A DNA stretch of 248,000 nucleotides, from NCBI RefSeq assembly GCF_000737315.1, contig NZ_JMCB01000003.1, positions 20,001 through 268,000 of the forward strand. The letters run 5' to 3'. A model generated the notes under the pieces. It did not search any database, was not told where the DNA came from, and was given only the letters and a program-made list of their open reading frames with translations. The translations under genes and the position numbers were made by a program. This DNA is from Hyalangium minutum (GTDB lineage Bacteria > Myxococcota > Myxococcia > Myxococcales > Myxococcaceae). This document shows, piece after piece, positions 1 through 11,883 of this stretch (its first letter is position 1; each line of letters begins with the position of its first letter).

Positions 1-99
1 CCTTCCTGCCGCCCCGGAGGGGAGGCAGGTTCTAACACGCCCAGTCCATGCCTTTGGGACTGGTATGCGCCGCCCGGTGCGGCTACAAGCAGGGGTGGC

Positions 100-714
100 G
101 TGGCCAGGAAAAAGTTCATCGCCGTCGCGGGTAATATTGGCGCCGGGAAGACGGAGCTCACCTCGTTCCTCTGCCGGAAGTACGGCTTGACGCCGTACTT
201 CGAGCCGAACGACCAGAACCCCTACCTGGCCGACTTTTACAAGGACATGAAGAAGTGGGCCTTCCGCTCACAGATCTTCTTTTTGACCCATAAGTTCCGG
301 CTGCACCGCGAGCTGGAGCGTCAGCCCGGAACGGTATTGCAGGACCGGACCATCTACGAGGACGCGGAGATCTTCGCCAAGAACCTTCACCGGCAGCGCT
401 TCATCGACAAGCGGGACTGGCAGATGTACCGGGAGCTGTACGAGACGGTGGCCCAGGTGCTCACCCCGCCGGATCTGATGATCTACCTGCGCTGCCCCGT
501 GCAGACCCTCAAGGAGCGCATCCGCCTGCGAGGCCGCGTCATGGAGAAGGACATCCCCACGCTCTACCTCAAGCGCCTGAACGCCCTCTATGAGGAGTGG
601 TTCAGCCACTACAAGATGTCGCCCGTGCTCGTGCTGCCGACCGACAAGCTCGACTACCTCACCAACCTGGTGGATCGCGTGGATCTGTTCCGCCAGATCG
701 AGAAGCACCTGTGA
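100..714 (+). CDS. deoxynucleoside kinase (dNK/dCK family)
   Basis: P-loop AGNIGAGKT, DRTIYED motif, PDLMIYL. Confidence 0.85.
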   Translation: MARKKFIAVAGNIGAGKTELTSFLCRKYGLTPYFEPNDQNPYLADFYKDMKKWAFRSQIFFLTHKFRLHRELERQPGTVLQDRTIYEDAEIFAKNLHRQRFIDKRDWQMYRELYETVAQVLTPPDLMIYLRCPVQTLKERIRLRGRVMEKDIPTLYLKRLNALYEEWFSHYKMSPVLVLPTDKLDYLTNLVDRVDLFRQIEKHL

Positions 715-1886
715 AGGAGGTCTACGTCCTCGCCGTCGAGTCGTCTGCTCCCATCCCGTTGGAGGAGCTGCGCCCCGCGTTCGAGTCGGAAGACGTGCGC
801 TTCGCGATGCTGGAGGGCGGGAACGGTTTCTCCGTCCATGCTGAGGGCACTCAGGTCGAGGTGCGCTTCGACACCCAGCGGCCCACGAAGGGCGTGGATC
901 CCCGCCTGCTCACTGGCAGCGAGGAGGCTCAGAAGGCGTTCCAGCGCACCCAGGGCTATTACTGGCTCTCCGTGGAGCCGGGCTCCGGGCCTCAGCCCAC
1001 CGTGCCCGTTTTCGAGGCCCTGTGGTGCGCGCGCACGCTGATGGAGCAGACGCAGGGCGTGCTGCTGGACCTCACCGCGTACAAGCTGCACGACGTGGCG
1101 GACGTGGTGGAGATCACCGAGCTGGACTTCGACATTCGCGACCACGTCAACCTGCACGCCGTGGCCGCCATCGAGGGCGATACGCCCCTGTGGGTGCACT
1201 CGCACGGCATGGAGAAGTTCGGCACCCGGGACTTGGAGATCTTCCACCTGGGCGAGGAGGACCTGCTGGCCGCGGAGATGTTCCTCCATGAGCTGTGCAC
1301 GGACATGGCCTTCGGCCAGGGCCCCGGCGCTCGCAAGGAAGTGCATACCAGCGAGGGCCAATCCTTCCGGCTCGTGCCCTCCGAGGAGGCCCGGGTGAAC
1401 CTGCTCGGCGTCCCGCTGGAGACCTTCGAGGGCCACGAGGCCCTGTTCCTCAGCGTCGTGTCCCCGCTGGGCCGGCACAACACCGCCGAGTTGCTGCGCC
1501 CCTACCGCGAGCGCTTCGTCCCCGAGCCCGAGGAGCGCACCGAGTCCCTCCGGCTCGAGGCCCAGGCCCTGCTGCCTGCCTTCAAGGCCCGCTTCGGCCG
1601 CAAGGGGCTCATGGAGCCGCTCACCTTCCTGGTGCGAGCGCCCTTCGAGACCCACCCCGAGGGCCAGGCCGTCGAGGAGAACCTCTGGCTGGAGGTGGTG
1701 GCCTGGGAAGAGGGCACCGTGGTGGGCAAGCTCGTGGATGGCGCCGTCCACACCACCGAGTGGCGCAAGGGCGCTCACGTGGAGGTGGATGAGGAGCACA
1801 TCAACGCGCTCGCCATCAGCCACGAGGGCCGCACGCTGGACGAGGAAGAGATCCGCGCGCTGCTCATTGCCGAACGGCCCATGTAG
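711..1886 (+). CDS. hypothetical protein with DUF2314-like C-terminus
   Basis: GTG start overlaps dNK stop; C-terminal ENLWLEV..G.L pattern. Confidence 0.5.
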   Translation: MKEVYVLAVESSAPIPLEELRPAFESEDVRFAMLEGGNGFSVHAEGTQVEVRFDTQRPTKGVDPRLLTGSEEAQKAFQRTQGYYWLSVEPGSGPQPTVPVFEALWCARTLMEQTQGVLLDLTAYKLHDVADVVEITELDFDIRDHVNLHAVAAIEGDTPLWVHSHGMEKFGTRDLEIFHLGEEDLLAAEMFLHELCTDMAFGQGPGARKEVHTSEGQSFRLVPSEEARVNLLGVPLETFEGHEALFLSVVSPLGRHNTAELLRPYRERFVPEPEERTESLRLEAQALLPAFKARFGRKGLMEPLTFLVRAPFETHPEGQAVEENLWLEVVAWEEGTVVGKLVDGAVHTTEWRKGAHVEVDEEHINALAISHEGRTLDEEEIRALLIAERPM

Positions 1887-1898
1887 GCTCCGCGCTCC

Positions 1899-3608
1899 AT
1901 GCCAGCCCTGCTGCTGCTCTCCGGTCCCTCCGCCGGCCGCCGCTATGAGGTGGTTTCGGACGTCTCCATTGGCCGCAGCCCGTCGTGCGAGATCCAGCTC
2001 GACGACGACAAGGTGTCCCGGCGGCACGCCCACATCTTCTTGAGCGAAGGGCAGATGCGCGTCCGGGATCTGGGCTCGCGCAACGGCACGCTCGTCAACG
2101 GAGAGCGCCTCCAGGGCGAGGCGCGCTTGGTGCCCGGCGATCGCATCCAGGTGGGAGAGACGACCGCCCTCTACGAGCCGCTCACCCAGGCCGCCTTGAC
2201 GGAGCAGGCGCCGCTCGATGCCCGCCATGTCCCCATCGCCGAGGTACTGCCGCACGTGGGGCCCGAGGCGGCTCTGCTGTCCGCTGGGGTGGCCCTGCTG
2301 GGCGCCACCAGCGAGGCCATGGTGCTGCGGCGGTTGGTGGACGAGGCCCTTCATGCCTTGAGCGCGGATCGGGCCGCGGCGCTGCTCGGAGGGCAGGGTG
2401 GGTTGCTCACCGCGGCGGTGTCAGGCACGGCCTCTGTGGAGGTTCCGCGCGTCATGGCGAGCCTGGCGCTGGAGCAGAAGGAGGTCGTTTCCACGGCCAA
2501 TGCCCTCTGTGCTCCCTTGGTGGCCGCCGGAGGCATGCCGTTCGGACTGCTGTATGTGGCGTGTGATGAGCCGCGCTTCAGTGCGAAGGATGCGGGCATC
2601 GTGGCCGCGCTGGGGCGCATGGGCGGCGAGGCGTACACCGCCATGCACTCCCGGATGGAGGAAGAGCAGGCCCCCGTTCAGCTCGTCGGCACGTCCCGGC
2701 CGTTCCGCCGCATGGTGGAGCAGGCCCGGCGCGCGGCTGCCAGCGCCGCTCCCGTGGTCATCTCCGGCGCCCCCGGAAGTGGGAAGAGCCTCCTGGCCCG
2801 GTTCATCCATGTGCACTCCCCTCGGGCGCTGGGGCCGCTGGTGGCGGTGGACTGCCGTCTGCCGGGGCCTGCCGTGGAGGAGTTCCTCTTTGGCCGCGCG
2901 AGTGCTCCCGGGCTTCCGCCGCGCTCGTCCGCGCTCCTGCGCGCGGATGGAGGGACGCTGCTGCTCCAGCACGTGGAGGGGCTCTCGGGCGCCACGGTCG
3001 AGCGGCTGGTGCGGCTGCTCGCGCGCAAGGTGGCTCCGGCCCGGCAAGGAGGCGAGGAGCCTGTCAATCTGCGCCTCATCGCCACTGCGATCGAGCCCAC
3101 GCAGCTCCTGGCCGCCAAGGGCGGGCTGGATCCCGCCCTGGCCATGGCGCTGTCCGGACTGGAGATCGAGGTGCCGCCCCTGCGCGAGCGCCGCGCCGAT
3201 CTGAGCGCCTTGTTCGAGCACTTCGCCGCCCGGGGCGCCCAAGCCACCCGGAAGCCACCTCCGGTGCTCAGCCCGGGGGCCAAGCGCCTCCTCGTGGACT
3301 ACGCGTGGCCACAGAACGTGAGCGAGCTGAAGCTGGTGGCAGAGCGGCTCGGGCGGCTGTACTCCGGCCGCGAGGTGCACGCGCTGCGCTTGCCTCCGGA
3401 GATCCAGGAGGGCTCGGCGGAGGCCAAGCCTCGCAGCCTGCAGGAGATGGTCGAACGCCTGGAGCGGGAGGCCATCGTCGAGGCGCTCCAGTCCGCGGGA
3501 GGCCGGAAGATCCGCGCGGCCGAGCAGCTCGGCATCAGCCGCCCCACGCTGGACAAGAAGATCGAGGAGTACGCCATCCAGTTGGAGAAGCCACGGCGGC
3601 GACAGTGA
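1899..3608 (+). CDS. FHA-GAF-AAA+-Fis HTH transcriptional regulator (degenerate enhancer-binding protein)
   Basis: FHA IGRSP/SRRHA/SRNGT; Walker A GAPGSGKS; WPQNVSEL; GISRPTL HTH. Confidence 0.8.
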   Translation: MPALLLLSGPSAGRRYEVVSDVSIGRSPSCEIQLDDDKVSRRHAHIFLSEGQMRVRDLGSRNGTLVNGERLQGEARLVPGDRIQVGETTALYEPLTQAALTEQAPLDARHVPIAEVLPHVGPEAALLSAGVALLGATSEAMVLRRLVDEALHALSADRAAALLGGQGGLLTAAVSGTASVEVPRVMASLALEQKEVVSTANALCAPLVAAGGMPFGLLYVACDEPRFSAKDAGIVAALGRMGGEAYTAMHSRMEEEQAPVQLVGTSRPFRRMVEQARRAAASAAPVVISGAPGSGKSLLARFIHVHSPRALGPLVAVDCRLPGPAVEEFLFGRASAPGLPPRSSALLRADGGTLLLQHVEGLSGATVERLVRLLARKVAPARQGGEEPVNLRLIATAIEPTQLLAAKGGLDPALAMALSGLEIEVPPLRERRADLSALFEHFAARGAQATRKPPPVLSPGAKRLLVDYAWPQNVSELKLVAERLGRLYSGREVHALRLPPEIQEGSAEAKPRSLQEMVERLEREAIVEALQSAGGRKIRAAEQLGISRPTLDKKIEEYAIQLEKPRRRQ

Positions 3609-3649
3609 GGGCACCATCCCGCTTGTCCCCCCGTGCCCCCGCAGCGTAG

Positions 3650-4564
3650 ATGCCCCCCATGAGCTTCCGTTACTCCGACGAGGTGCGTCGCGCCCTGGAC
3701 ACGAAGGCGCCGCTGGTGGCGCTCGAGACGAGCGTGGTGGCCCAAGGCCTGCCTTACCCGGACAACCTCCGCGCCGCGCGCGCCTGCGAGGAGGCCGTTC
3801 GCAGCGCCGGTGCCGTGCCCGCTCCCATCGCCGTGGTGGATGGCGAGGTGTGGATCGGTCTCGAGGAGGCCGCCATGCTCCGGCTCGCCGAGGGCAAGGA
3901 GAAGCTGATGAAGCTCGGCTCGCGCGATCTGCCCGTGGCCATCGCCTTGAAGGCCTCGGGGGGCACCACCGTGAGCGCCACCTGTGAGCTGGCCGCCGCC
4001 GCCGGCATCCGCGTCTTCGCCACCGGCGGCCTGGGCGGTGTCCACCGGGGCGTCAGCGAGCACTGGGACATCTCCCAGGACATTGGCGCGCTGGCCCGCT
4101 ACCCCGTCGCCGTGGTGTGCGCCGGCGCCAAGTCCATCCTGGATCTGCCCAAGACGATGGAGGCCCTGGAGACCGCGAGCGTGCCCGTCATCGGCGTGCG
4201 CACCAGCGAGCTCCCATCCTTTTATAGCCGCAGCTCGGGCATGCCGCTGGAGCACCGGGTCGAGGACGCCGTCACGGCCGCTCGCATCGTCCGCGCCCGG
4301 GGCGAGCTGGGGCAGGGGGGGCTCGTCTTCGCGCTTCCGCCACCCGACGAGGCGGCCCTGCCTCGGGAGGACGTGGAGCGGCACATCGCCTCCGCGCTCG
4401 CCGAGGCCGAGCGCCAAAGTATTCGAGGCAAGGCCGTCACCCCGTTCCTGCTCGGGGACATGGCCCGGCGCACGGGAGGCCAGAGCCTGAAGGCCAACCT
4501 GGCCCTCCTGGCCAACAACTCGCGCTTCGCCGGAGAGCTTGCCGTCGCTTTGACGCGGGGATGA
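3650..4564 (+). CDS. psuG: pseudouridine-5'-phosphate glycosidase
   Basis: VALETSVVAQGLPYP, GGTTVSAT, FATGGLGGVHRG, GAKSILD. Confidence 0.9.
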   Translation: MPPMSFRYSDEVRRALDTKAPLVALETSVVAQGLPYPDNLRAARACEEAVRSAGAVPAPIAVVDGEVWIGLEEAAMLRLAEGKEKLMKLGSRDLPVAIALKASGGTTVSATCELAAAAGIRVFATGGLGGVHRGVSEHWDISQDIGALARYPVAVVCAGAKSILDLPKTMEALETASVPVIGVRTSELPSFYSRSSGMPLEHRVEDAVTAARIVRARGELGQGGLVFALPPPDEAALPREDVERHIASALAEAERQSIRGKAVTPFLLGDMARRTGGQSLKANLALLANNSRFAGELAVALTRG

Positions 4565-4628
4565 CATGACCGGAGGGGCAGCTTCACGAAGCTGCTTTTG
4601 AGGTGGCATGCTCTAGGGAGGCCCCTGC

Positions 4629-6200
4629 ATGCCAGCACCTTCCATTCCGGCGGATGAAGCCCAGCGCCTCAAGGCTTTGTGGGATCTGTGCGTGCTGGAC
4701 ACCCCGCCGGAGGAGCGGTTCGACCGCATCGTCCGGATGGCGGTACGGCTCTTCCAGGTGCCCATCGCCTTGGTGTCGCTGGTGGACAAGGACCGGCAGT
4801 GGTTCAAGGCCCGGTACGGGATCGCGGAGCTGTCGGGGCCTCGCAACACCTCGTTCTGCGGCCACGCCATTCTCCATTCCGAGATGCTGGTGGTGCCGGA
4901 CGCCACCCTGGACCCTCGCTTCCTGGACAACCCGAATGTCCTGGACGCGCCCCACGTCCGCTTCTACGCGGGCCAGCCGCTGAGGGCGCCCAACGGAAGG
5001 CTTGTCGGGACGCTGTGCGTGGTCGACTACAAGACCCGCGAATTCAGTGAGGAGGATCGTCGCGCCTTGAGGGACTTGTCCGCGTGGACGGAGCTGGAGC
5101 TGTCCATGAAGGCGCTCCAGGAGGCCCAGGCCGCCGTCAAGCAGCTGGATCACTTCTTCGAGCTGTCGGCGGACATGCTCAGCATCACCAACCTCGAGAG
5201 CCGGCTGCTGCGCTGCAGCGTCTCCTGGAGCCGGACCTTGGGCTACTCCACCACGGAGCTGAGGGACATCCGGTTGCGCGAGCTGTTCCACCCGGAGGAT
5301 CTCCCCCAGGTGCTCGAGGCTCGACAGCGGGCCATCGAGGGCAGGCCACTCCCCAGTGTCGAGTGCCGCATTCGCGACCGCGCTGGCACCTGGCGCTGGC
5401 TCCAGAGCAACTTCATCTTCAATCCCGCCGAGTGTGTCTTCTACTCGGTGGCCCGGGAGATCACCGAGCAGAAGCAGCTGGAGAGCGAGCACCGCCGCGT
5501 GGAGCAGCTGAAGGACGAGTTCGTTTCCACGGTGAGCCACGAGCTGCGCACGCCGTTGACGTCCATCCGCGGGGCGCTGGGGCTGCTGAAGGGCGGCATC
5601 GCGGGTCCACTGCCCGCGGAGGCCGAGGAGCTCATCTGGATCGCCCAGGACAACAGCGATCGGCTGCTGCGCCTCATCAACGACATCCTGGATCTGGAGG
5701 GGCTGGAGACGGGCCAGCTCTCCTTCAAGCGGGAGCCGCTGCCCTTGGGCGAGCTGGTCACCCAGGCCGTCGTCGCGCAGCGGGGCTACGCGGCGCAGTA
5801 CGGCGTGAAGCTGGTGGTGGCACTGGACTCCGAGGCGCGGGCCTTGGTGGATGCGGACCGCTTCCTCCAGGTCATGGCCAACCTGTTGTCCAACGCCATC
5901 AAGTTCTCTCCCCAGGGCGAGACGGTGCAGGTCCGCCTGGCGCGGCTGCCGGGCGGCCTGCGCGTCAGCGTGGAGGATCACGGGCCGGGCATCCCCGAGT
6001 CCTTCCGCTCGCGCATCTTCCATAAGTTCGCCCAGGCGGACGGCTCGGACACCCGCCGCAAGGGGGGCACGGGGCTGGGGCTGTCCATCACCCAGGCGCT
6101 CGTGGCGCGGATGGAGGGCACCCTGAGCTTCGTCTCCGAGGAAGGGGAGGGCAGCACCTTCTTCGTGGTGCTGCCCGAGTGGACGCCGCCGGAGCCTTGA
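4629..6200 (+). CDS. GAF-PAS sensor histidine kinase
   Basis: GAF LDTPPEERFDRI; VSHELRTPL H-box; N/G boxes NAIKF, GGTGLGL. Confidence 0.9.
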   Translation: MPAPSIPADEAQRLKALWDLCVLDTPPEERFDRIVRMAVRLFQVPIALVSLVDKDRQWFKARYGIAELSGPRNTSFCGHAILHSEMLVVPDATLDPRFLDNPNVLDAPHVRFYAGQPLRAPNGRLVGTLCVVDYKTREFSEEDRRALRDLSAWTELELSMKALQEAQAAVKQLDHFFELSADMLSITNLESRLLRCSVSWSRTLGYSTTELRDIRLRELFHPEDLPQVLEARQRAIEGRPLPSVECRIRDRAGTWRWLQSNFIFNPAECVFYSVAREITEQKQLESEHRRVEQLKDEFVSTVSHELRTPLTSIRGALGLLKGGIAGPLPAEAEELIWIAQDNSDRLLRLINDILDLEGLETGQLSFKREPLPLGELVTQAVVAQRGYAAQYGVKLVVALDSEARALVDADRFLQVMANLLSNAIKFSPQGETVQVRLARLPGGLRVSVEDHGPGIPESFRSRIFHKFAQADGSDTRRKGGTGLGLSITQALVARMEGTLSFVSEEGEGSTFFVVLPEWTPPEP

Positions 6201-6206
6201 GTGTGG

Positions 6207-6773
6207 CTACGGGCCTCGCACCGCGCTCCAGAGCGACACCGCGCCGAACAGGAAGAAGAGCGAGGCGGCGACCCACCGCAGCCACTTCATCTGCACCTTG
6301 CCCGCGAGCTTGTCGCCCAGGAACACCGCCAGCCCGTCCGAGAAGAGCATCCCCAGCGTCGTGCCCGCCGTCACCAGGAGCACGGACTGGTAGCGCGCGG
6401 CCAAGGCCACGGTGGCCAGCTGCGTCTTGTCTCCCATCTCCGCCAGGAAGAAGAGGATCGCCGTGGTGAGGAAGGCGCCAAAGCGCGGCGGCTTCTCGGA
6501 TTCCTCGAGCGTGTCCGGCTTGAGCGTCCACAGCCCGAAGCCGATGAAGGTGGCCGCCAGCACCGCCGCCATGATCCGCGGGGAGACGTGCGAGGACACC
6601 CACGTGCCCACGCTGGAGGCCAGCGCGTGGTTGGCCAGGGTGGCCGCGAGGATTCCGGCCATCACCACCCACGGCTTGCGGAACCGGGAGGCCAGCGAGA
6701 ACGCGAGCAGCTGGGTTTTGTCGCCCATCTCACTGGCGGCGACGAGGAGGAAAGAACTCACCACGGCTTCCAT
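6207..6773 (-). CDS. TMEM165/GDT1 (UPF0016) family Mn2+/Ca2+ exporter
   Basis: two EMGDKTQL motifs; start placed at ATG 6773 after GGAG RBS. Confidence 0.85.
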   Translation of the reverse strand: MEAVVSSFLLVAASEMGDKTQLLAFSLASRFRKPWVVMAGILAATLANHALASSVGTWVSSHVSPRIMAAVLAATFIGFGLWTLKPDTLEESEKPPRFGAFLTTAILFFLAEMGDKTQLATVALAARYQSVLLVTAGTTLGMLFSDGLAVFLGDKLAGKVQMKWLRWVAASLFFLFGAVSLWSAVRGP

Positions 6774-6847
6774 CACGACACTCCCTTGTCGAGGCCGAGG
6801 TGTCGTGGGAGCACTGCGCGCGCACGAGCCTCGGCCAGGTTTCCCTG

Positions 6848-6958
6848 TCCGAAGGTCTCGTTCGCCTCGCACAGCGAGGTGAGGGCCCGGGCTGTTACCA
6901 GCCAGTGTGTCGAGCTCCCCGGCGCCGATGGTTTCCGGCGCGAACTACTCCCCTTACT
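6848..6958 (-). promoter_or_regulatory. yybP-ykoY (Mn2+) riboswitch
   Basis: minus strand reads UAAGGGGAGUAG...GACACACUGG...GAGACCUUC directly upstream of a UPF0016 exporter, the typical target. Confidence 0.75.
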
Positions 6959-7006
6959 GGAGTGCTGGATACCAGCCTCCGTGCCGCCTGCCAACAGGCA
7001 ATGCGG

Positions 7007-7498
7007 CTAGCGCTTGCGCGAGAACCAGCCCATGAGGCTCTCGAGCTCCCGCTTGTCCACGTCGTCGAACGTGGCCTTGTGCTCGGAGTCGATGTCCAGC
7101 ACCGCCATCAGCTCGCGGTTGGGCCCGAACACCGGCACAACGATCTCCGACACCGAGCGCCCATCGCAGGTGATGTGGCCCGGGAAGGCGTGTACGTCCG
7201 GTACCACCACCGTCTCGCGCGTGGCCGCCGAGGCGCCACACACGCCCTTGCCGAAGGTGATCTCCAGGCACCCCAGCGTGCCCTGGTAGGGGCCGACGCG
7301 CAGCAGCTTGCCCGGCTGGACCACCCGGTAGAACCCGGTCCACAGGTGACCGAACGCGTGGTGCAGCAGGCAGCTCATCGTCGCCATGGCGGTGATGTCG
7401 TCGTCAACGCCCTCCAGCACCGCCTCCACGTGCTGCTTGAGCTCCGCATACGCTTCCGCCTTCGGCCGGTCGCGCAGATCCAGGGTGACTTCAGCCAT
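7007..7498 (-). CDS. msrC: GAF-domain free methionine-R-sulfoxide reductase-like protein
   Basis: WTGFY, GPYQGTLGC, GKGVCG, GHITCD, SEIVVP, LDIDS. Confidence 0.75.
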   Translation of the reverse strand: MAEVTLDLRDRPKAEAYAELKQHVEAVLEGVDDDITAMATMSCLLHHAFGHLWTGFYRVVQPGKLLRVGPYQGTLGCLEITFGKGVCGASAATRETVVVPDVHAFPGHITCDGRSVSEIVVPVFGPNRELMAVLDIDSEHKATFDDVDKRELESLMGWFSRKR

Positions 7499-7643
7499 CG
7501 GTGAGTCCTCAAGAGATGGATGCCGGCCGCGTCACCGCGCCAGCGGGCCCCTTTTACATGGAATCGCACCCCGCGCGAGAGGAGGCACGCAGGACCCAGG
7601 GGAGGGACACTCCCCGGGTGGGCTGCACGCTTGCCATGCCGCG

Positions 7644-8735
7644 TCAACCCGTGGCGTTCGCGGGGGGAGCCGCCGTGGGCTCGGACTTCTGGGAAGGCTC
7701 GGCCTTCGGGGCTGCGGCGGCCTTCTCCGAGGCGGAGGCCTTCTCCGGCTTGGACAGCATCCCGTAGCGCTTCGCTGCGGACTCCAGGATGCGCCCCACG
7801 AGTTGGAGGTAGGACATGCCCTTCTCCCGGGCGCCCATGGCCAGCTCGCTCTTGTCCTCCAGGTAGGGGTTCGGGTTCACCTCGAGGACGTAGGGGTCCC
7901 CCTCCTTCGAGATGCGGAGGTCGATGCGCGCGTAGTCCTGGAGCTTGAGCCCCCGGTAGGCGAGCAGCGCCGCCCGCTCCACCCGCTGGCGCAGCTCCGG
8001 CGAGATGTTCTGGGCGATGACGAGCTTGGGCGAGCCCTCCGTCTCCGGGCCGAACTTCACCTCCCGGTCCGAGATGGTGGGCTTGTTCTTGTCCCAGTTG
8101 CCGAAGTCCAGCTCCACGATGGGGAGGATCTCCGGCATCTCCTTGGGGCCAATCACCCCCACATACACTTCGCGCCCCTCGATGAACTCCTCCGCGAGCG
8201 CCTCGTCCTGCAGCTCCTTGCGGATCTCCTGCACCCGGCGCGTCAGGTCCTCCCAGTTGTGCACCAGCGACTTCTTGCCGATGCCAATGGAGGCGTCGCT
8301 CCGGGAGGGCTTCACGATGAGCGGGAACTCCAAGTCTCCGTGGGTCTCCACGGTGACGCCGTCGAAGGTGGCGAAGTCCGCGGTGGGGATCTCGTGGTAC
8401 TCGAGCAGCTGCTTGGTGAGGATCTTGTCCTGCGCCAGCAGCAGCCCCGCCGTCCCCGAGCCGGTGAACTTCACCCGCGCCATCTCCATCAGCGCCGCGA
8501 CGTTCACCTCCATCCGGTAGTCCTCGGCGAACGTCTCGCAGAGGTTGAACACCAGGTCGCACTTCGACCGGGCGATCGATTGGAGGATGTCCGACACGCC
8601 GTCGCTCACGGCGATCAGCGAGGCCTCATGGCCCAGCTGCCGCAGCGACTCGGCCACCTGGGTCACGACGGGGTCCACGGGCTCCCCGTCCGGCTGGTAG
8701 TGAAGCACGGCGATCTTCAAGGGCGGAACGGGCAT
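7644..8735 (-). CDS. D-Ala-D-Ala ligase-like ATP-grasp protein
   Basis: VFNLCE, DKILTK, PLIVKP, EEFIEGRE, YARIDLR, VLEVNPNP. Confidence 0.75.
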   Translation of the reverse strand: MPVPPLKIAVLHYQPDGEPVDPVVTQVAESLRQLGHEASLIAVSDGVSDILQSIARSKCDLVFNLCETFAEDYRMEVNVAALMEMARVKFTGSGTAGLLLAQDKILTKQLLEYHEIPTADFATFDGVTVETHGDLEFPLIVKPSRSDASIGIGKKSLVHNWEDLTRRVQEIRKELQDEALAEEFIEGREVYVGVIGPKEMPEILPIVELDFGNWDKNKPTISDREVKFGPETEGSPKLVIAQNISPELRQRVERAALLAYRGLKLQDYARIDLRISKEGDPYVLEVNPNPYLEDKSELAMGAREKGMSYLQLVGRILESAAKRYGMLSKPEKASASEKAAAAPKAEPSQKSEPTAAPPANATG

Positions 8736-8813
8736 GGCCCTTCAAGTGTAAGGCGTCACCGCGCGCCGTGCACCCAGGCACGCGAACGGCTCCGTACTTT
8801 TGCCCGGCGGTGA

Positions 8814-9881
8814 TCAGTCCACCTCGAAGAAGCGGTCCGTGTAGAGGTAGTTCATCGCCAGCGCTGTCGCCAGCGAGGTGAGCTTGGTGAGGTACTCGCG
8901 CGTCTTGTCCAGGTGGATGCTCAGCCGCAGCGCCGTGGTGCGCTCGATGAGGTGCTCCACCAGCGCCAGCACCACCGGACGGCCCACGCCGCTGTACTGG
9001 GTGACCGCCTGGATGAGCGACTGGCGCTCGGCACGCACGAGCGTCTCCGCGCTGGCCGGCGCCGTGTCGGGCGGCTCGAACAGGCCGAGCAGATCCTGAT
9101 CCAGGTGCTCGCGCAGCGACAGCTCCACGCGCTCCTCGAGCTGGCGCTGGCGGTAGTGATCGAGGACCGTCTCCTCCATGTCCTCCACGTCCAGATCACG
9201 CTCGGCCAGCTGCACCAGCGGCGAGGTGCGTCCCACGCGCTGAATGACCTTCTCCATGTACTCGAGCTTCTTGAGCGCGGCCCAGCCCGCGTATCGCTTG
9301 CGCCAGTCCAGGCCGGGCGTCAGGAAGACCGCGAACGTCTCGGCGAAGTCCTCGTCCGGATGCTTCTGCGCGTACCAGCCGGAGATGTGCACCACGTACT
9401 TCCGGCTGAACGGGCGCGGCTTGTACGTCTCGTCGTAGGGCTTGGAGTAGTCCCCGAAAATCTTCCGCCACTCGTCCGTGTCGTAGAGGCGATAGGCGTA
9501 GTTGAAGGCGTGCCCGGCCTCGTGGCGCAGGTACATGAGGATCTCGCGCTCCGTCTCCGCGTCGCCGCTCAGCTCCGCCTCGATGGAGTGCAGGCGAGGG
9601 TCCGCCAGGTAGAACGGCAGCCCGATGACAGGCACGCCGGACGGGCAGCCCCACTGATCCGACAGGTAGCACTCCGGCCGGAACGAGATGGCCTTGCTCT
9701 CCAGCTCGCTGTAGAGCTGCTGGATGTAGCGCTCGAGGGCCGTGCCCTTCAGGTGGAGCCTCAGGTCCTTGATGCGGGCCTGGAGCAGTGCCTCGCGCTC
9801 GGGACGGCGCGGGGAGTCGGCCGCCTCGTGCGGGTCGGCCAGGGTCTTTTCTCGGAAGGTGATCTGGGAAGGTTGGAGCAT
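8814..9881 (-). CDS. putative zinc-binding metallopeptidase (Peptidase_Mx-like)
   Basis: HEAGH zincin motif; YAQKHPDEDFAETF. Confidence 0.7.
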   Translation of the reverse strand: MLQPSQITFREKTLADPHEAADSPRRPEREALLQARIKDLRLHLKGTALERYIQQLYSELESKAISFRPECYLSDQWGCPSGVPVIGLPFYLADPRLHSIEAELSGDAETEREILMYLRHEAGHAFNYAYRLYDTDEWRKIFGDYSKPYDETYKPRPFSRKYVVHISGWYAQKHPDEDFAETFAVFLTPGLDWRKRYAGWAALKKLEYMEKVIQRVGRTSPLVQLAERDLDVEDMEETVLDHYRQRQLEERVELSLREHLDQDLLGLFEPPDTAPASAETLVRAERQSLIQAVTQYSGVGRPVVLALVEHLIERTTALRLSIHLDKTREYLTKLTSLATALAMNYLYTDRFFEVD

Positions 9882-10048
9882 CGGGTCCCCAAGGGGCCCC
9901 GAAGTCTAATGGCGAGCCCTGGGGGGTAAATTGGCTTGCCCCCAGCTACATGCAAAGGGTTGAAAAGACTGAATAATATGGGCACAAACCAGCTTGCCGG
10001 GCCGGTGGGAGACCGGCCCAGCGAGGGGTGCCCAGGTAGGCAGGAGGG

Positions 10049-11761
<1,713 letters not shown>

Positions 11762-11883
11762 TGGCCGCGGAGTATAGGCAAGCCGTGGCTAGGGTCCCAA
11801 GGGGGTAGAGCGGCGGTTGGGGGGCAAGCAGGCAATCATCCTGTTCCCGGCGGCGCTCCGGGCTGTTACATCCCCCAGCCGCC

